From contig JAHEMF010000002.1 of the NCBI GenBank assembly GCA_024643795.1, forward strand, positions 14 to 64,013: a stretch of DNA of 64,000 nucleotides. Reading direction: 5' to 3'. Made by a program: the position numbers and the translations under genes. This document shows, in pieces, positions 61,147 through 64,000 of this stretch (positions are counted from its first letter, which is position 1; every line of letters starts with the position of its first letter). Source of the DNA: Bacteroidota bacterium (GTDB lineage: Bacteria > Bacteroidota > Bacteroidia > AKYH767-A > OLB10). The notes under the pieces are model-generated. The model worked only from the letters and a program-made list of their open reading frames with translations, made no database searches and was not told the DNA's origin.

Positions 61147-61821
61147 TCAGTTTGAAGAATTGTGCGTTTGTTCCCATTGTAATACCAGAACTTCATCCAG
61201 CAAACGTTTTACATCTTCCGGATCAGTGCCGTCATAATATCCACGTATCCTTCTTTCTCTATCCAGTAAAATGAATTTTTCTGAGTGGATGAAATCATCC
61301 GGTCCACCGTCACCTTCCATGGCAGTAAGGTAAAACCCATATCTGGCCAGATCATAAATTTGCTTCTTGTCTCCGGTAATAAAATGCCAGATAGTGTTAT
61401 CGGCCTCATATAATTGTGCGTATGCATTCAGTGCTGCTACTGTGTCATGAACGGGGTCTACAGTAAACGATAATATTTTTACAGGATAATTGTCGGGCAG
61501 ATCTTCCTGTACACGTTTCATCTGTTTCGACATGTTGGGGCAAATGGTTTTACATGTAGCAAAAAAGAAATTGGCTATATAAATATCGGCATTTAACTTC
61601 TCAAATGATACAGGCATGGAGTCCTGGTCTATCAATGAAAAGTCCATGACAGTGTGAAAAGTAGTATCAGTTGTACCCGATGGAGGTAATTCGCGTGGAC
61701 CAAAGATCTCAAGGTGTTGAAATTGATTATCGCCCCTTGATAATAAAAAGTATGAAATAGCAGGAATGAATAATATTCCTAATATGATAAGTGCTTTTCC
61801 TGAAAGTCTTGGATTACTCAT
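61147..61821 (-). CDS. SCO family copper chaperone
   Basis: FFATCKTICP (CxxxC) and conserved His in FIHSE; N-terminal TM anchor. Confidence 0.92.
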   Translation of the reverse strand: MSNPRLSGKALIILGILFIPAISYFLLSRGDNQFQHLEIFGPRELPPSGTTDTTFHTVMDFSLIDQDSMPVSFEKLNADIYIANFFFATCKTICPNMSKQMKRVQEDLPDNYPVKILSFTVDPVHDTVAALNAYAQLYEADNTIWHFITGDKKQIYDLARYGFYLTAMEGDGGPDDFIHSEKFILLDRERRIRGYYDGTDPEDVKRLLDEVLVLQWEQTHNSSN

Positions 61822-61842
61822 CCGTATAATAGGATGGTAATT

Positions 61843-62217
61843 TTACCCTAAGAGATTAAGGTAGTTACCCTCTGCCAATGCCATTACTATGAGGTACAGG
61901 ATCAGTAAGAAGGGGAGTACTATTGAATATTTCAAAGGTGAATTCTCATGTTTGAGGTGCATGAAAAAGGCAACAATATAATAGGCCTTTACAATTGTAA
62001 GAACAATGAATACAACAATGAGGATGCTATGTGGAATGGATGTAAATGCAATGCCTACCTCAAAAATGGTCACAAGTAACAAGATCCAAAAAGTCTTCCA
62101 GATGATCTTTACATTATTTTCAGTGTGATGTTCTTCAATGAATTGATTGTGAATATCACCGGTATAGTAACCGTGAACCTGCTTATTTTCGTTGTCTTTA
62201 TGAGAATGTTCTGACAT
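61843..62217 (-). CDS. Cytochrome c oxidase subunit IV family protein
   Basis: FWILLLVTIFEV and KAYYIVAFFMHLKHE motifs. Confidence 0.88.
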   Translation of the reverse strand: MSEHSHKDNENKQVHGYYTGDIHNQFIEEHHTENNVKIIWKTFWILLLVTIFEVGIAFTSIPHSILIVVFIVLTIVKAYYIVAFFMHLKHENSPLKYSIVLPFLLILYLIVMALAEGNYLNLLG

Positions 62218-62238
62218 AATTGATTGTTGATCGGTTTT

Positions 62239-63060
62239 CTATACTAAGTAGAAGAATGTAAATACGAATACCCAAACAAGGTCTACAAAGTGCCAGTACA
62301 AGCCAGCCTTTTCAACCTGTTCATAGTGTCCTCTGCGTACATAAACTCCGTTAAGTACGTTTATGAGGATTATAATATTGATCATCACGCCCGAGAATAC
62401 GTGAAATCCGTGAAATCCAGTGATGAAGAAAAAGAAATCTGCAAACAAGGGGTTGCCGTATTCATTCCGCACCAAATTAGCACCGTGAAACTTAGGTGAT
62501 TCCTCCATCAGCTTTTGAGCTGCAGCACCTGTTATTGTTTGTCCGTCTGATAATACCAGTGTATTTTCAACTACATGATGGTGTTCATCAAATGGATGTC
62601 TTGCCAATGTACCATCGGTCATCACATATGCTCCATGCTCAGTTCCATGAATGAAATGATACCACTCCCATGCCTGAGAACCCAGGAACATAAATCCACC
62701 TATCACAGTAAGTATCATCCAGGTGATCACAGATTTATTATTCCGCTTATGTCCTGCATCAACTGCGAGTACCATAGTAACCGAACTCATGATCAAAATA
62801 AATGTCATGAGTCCAACATATGCCAATGGTACATGTCCTTCAACAAACGGGAAGTGAGTAAAAACATCATTCGCTTTAGGCCATGTCTCTGCAAATCTGT
62901 GTCGTAAAACACCATATGCGATGATAAGTGAAGAGAATGTAAATGCGTCAGATACAAGGAAGAACCACATGTACATCTTCCCCCAACTCACGTTAAAGGG
63001 AGAACGGCCACCTCCCCAAAGATTTTTCTTATTTTTTTCCAGTGTTGCTTGTTCAGACAT
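62239..63060 (-). CDS. Cytochrome c oxidase subunit III (second part)
   Basis: MWFFLVSDAFTF, FFFITGFHGFHV and GLYWHFVDLVWVFVF motifs. Confidence 0.92.
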   Translation of the reverse strand: MSEQATLEKNKKNLWGGGRSPFNVSWGKMYMWFFLVSDAFTFSSLIIAYGVLRHRFAETWPKANDVFTHFPFVEGHVPLAYVGLMTFILIMSSVTMVLAVDAGHKRNNKSVITWMILTVIGGFMFLGSQAWEWYHFIHGTEHGAYVMTDGTLARHPFDEHHHVVENTLVLSDGQTITGAAAQKLMEESPKFHGANLVRNEYGNPLFADFFFFITGFHGFHVFSGVMINIIILINVLNGVYVRRGHYEQVEKAGLYWHFVDLVWVFVFTFFYLV

Positions 63061-63160
63061 AGTAGGATTTTAATCGGGAAATGGGCCTCCGGCCCTAATT
63101 CCGGTGCAAAATAAATAGTTTTTTTCTCTCAGGCTACAAAAATTTATCAGTAGTGGAAAT

Positions 63161-63742
63161 TTACCTGATGAAATACAGGAAAATGAACAGATACAGCCAA
63201 AGGCCATCAAGAAAATGCCAAAATATACCACACAGTTCAACGGCCAGGTAGTTTGAAGCACTATATCGTTGCTGGATAGACCTGAAAGAGACATAGATAA
63301 GGTAAATTATACCACCTATAAGGTGGGCGATATGCATCCCTGTTAGTATATAAAGAAATGATCCTGAGGGATTTCCAACTAAAAATATCTTTTCAGCAAC
63401 CAATTCAGACCATCCCAGAAATTGTGAAAAAACAAAGCCCAATCCCAACCCTAGGGTGATGAGCAGTCCAAGGATCAGGTGTTGAGGATTATTTTTCTTT
63501 ACTGCTTTGAATGCCCATTGCATGCTTATGCTGCTTGAGACTATCAATATTGTGGATATGTAAAATGCCACAGGGAGATCGAATTGGGTCCATGCCCCTT
63601 CAGCCTGCCTCACCACATAAGCACTGGTCATGCCGGCAAAAAGCATCACCATACTTACCATTGAAAGCCATAGTAAGATCTTTTGAGTTGGAATCTGGGT
63701 GTAGGTTTGTTGATCAGGCAAGGTGGGGTTCATAGTTTGCAT
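63161..63742 (-). CDS. Heme-copper oxidase subunit III (first part)
   Basis: MLFAGMTSAY, LTGMHIAHL and FWHFLDGLWLYLF motifs. Confidence 0.9.
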   Translation of the reverse strand: MQTMNPTLPDQQTYTQIPTQKILLWLSMVSMVMLFAGMTSAYVVRQAEGAWTQFDLPVAFYISTILIVSSSISMQWAFKAVKKNNPQHLILGLLITLGLGLGFVFSQFLGWSELVAEKIFLVGNPSGSFLYILTGMHIAHLIGGIIYLIYVSFRSIQQRYSASNYLAVELCGIFWHFLDGLWLYLFIFLYFIR

Positions 63743-63754
63743 CCTTTTGGGTTT

Positions 63755-64000
63755 TTAGGATTTATCAATGAGCAGTGCTATTAAAACTACCGGTAAGTAT
63801 ATGAATGACCCGAACATAACACGACGGGCCGAAGGAATGTCTAATTTCATGTATAGCTTGAAAGCCAGAAAGGTTATTACCATCCCCGCAAGGGCAATTA
63901 GTGCAACACCTGTTGTTCCGGTCATACCGAAAACGTAAGGCAATAATCCCGCAGGAATAAGGCTAAAAGAGTAAATAAGTACCTGAAAGGCAGAAGCTTT
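63755..64000 (-). CDS. cyoE: Heme O synthase (protoheme IX farnesyltransferase), C-terminal part
   Basis: Frame open to the window edge; ARRVMFGSFIYLP..ALLIDK end; position upstream of the subunit III genes. Confidence 0.8.
   Translation of the reverse strand, partial: KASAFQVLIYSFSLIPAGLLPYVFGMTGTTGVALIALAGMVITFLAFKLYMKLDIPSARRVMFGSFIYLPVVLIALLIDKS

Overview
A gene-dense, AT-rich chromosomal segment from a Bacteroidota genome. The lineage is supported by TAnnTTTG -7 promoters, T9SS C-terminal sorting domains, the ExbB-small membrane protein-ExbD-ExbD operon and a split cytochrome c oxidase subunit III. Most genes are housekeeping or envelope genes (lysC, ctaA, ansA, rbfA, dusB, gatA, metF, lepA, polA, iscS, rfbA, phrB, tyrS, trhO, the end of the cox operon), plus tRNA-Arg(CCG) and tRNA-Ser(GGA). 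I saw no integrase, transposase, prophage or CRISPR array. The stand-out locus is 34.5-39.8 kb on the minus strand. An ECF sigma factor abuts a gene with the architecture of a Bacteroidota membrane anti-sigma factor (N-terminal sigma-binding motif, one TM helix, long disordered linker), but it ends in a PKD domain and a type B T9SS sorting signal instead of a beta-barrel. Next comes a 1054-aa type B T9SS cargo protein. The same ECF-type promoter (TGCAAC-N17-SGTCTTT) precedes both the sigma gene and the cargo gene, suggesting a secretion-coupled regulatory circuit. Other points of interest: a 64-bp direct repeat bracketing the cargo gene, a Flavo-1-like structured element, a candidate sRNA, 21-bp-period direct repeats, a CarH-type photoreceptor near a photolyase, and many near-leaderless genes. 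Product calls come from motif recognition by eye, not database searches.
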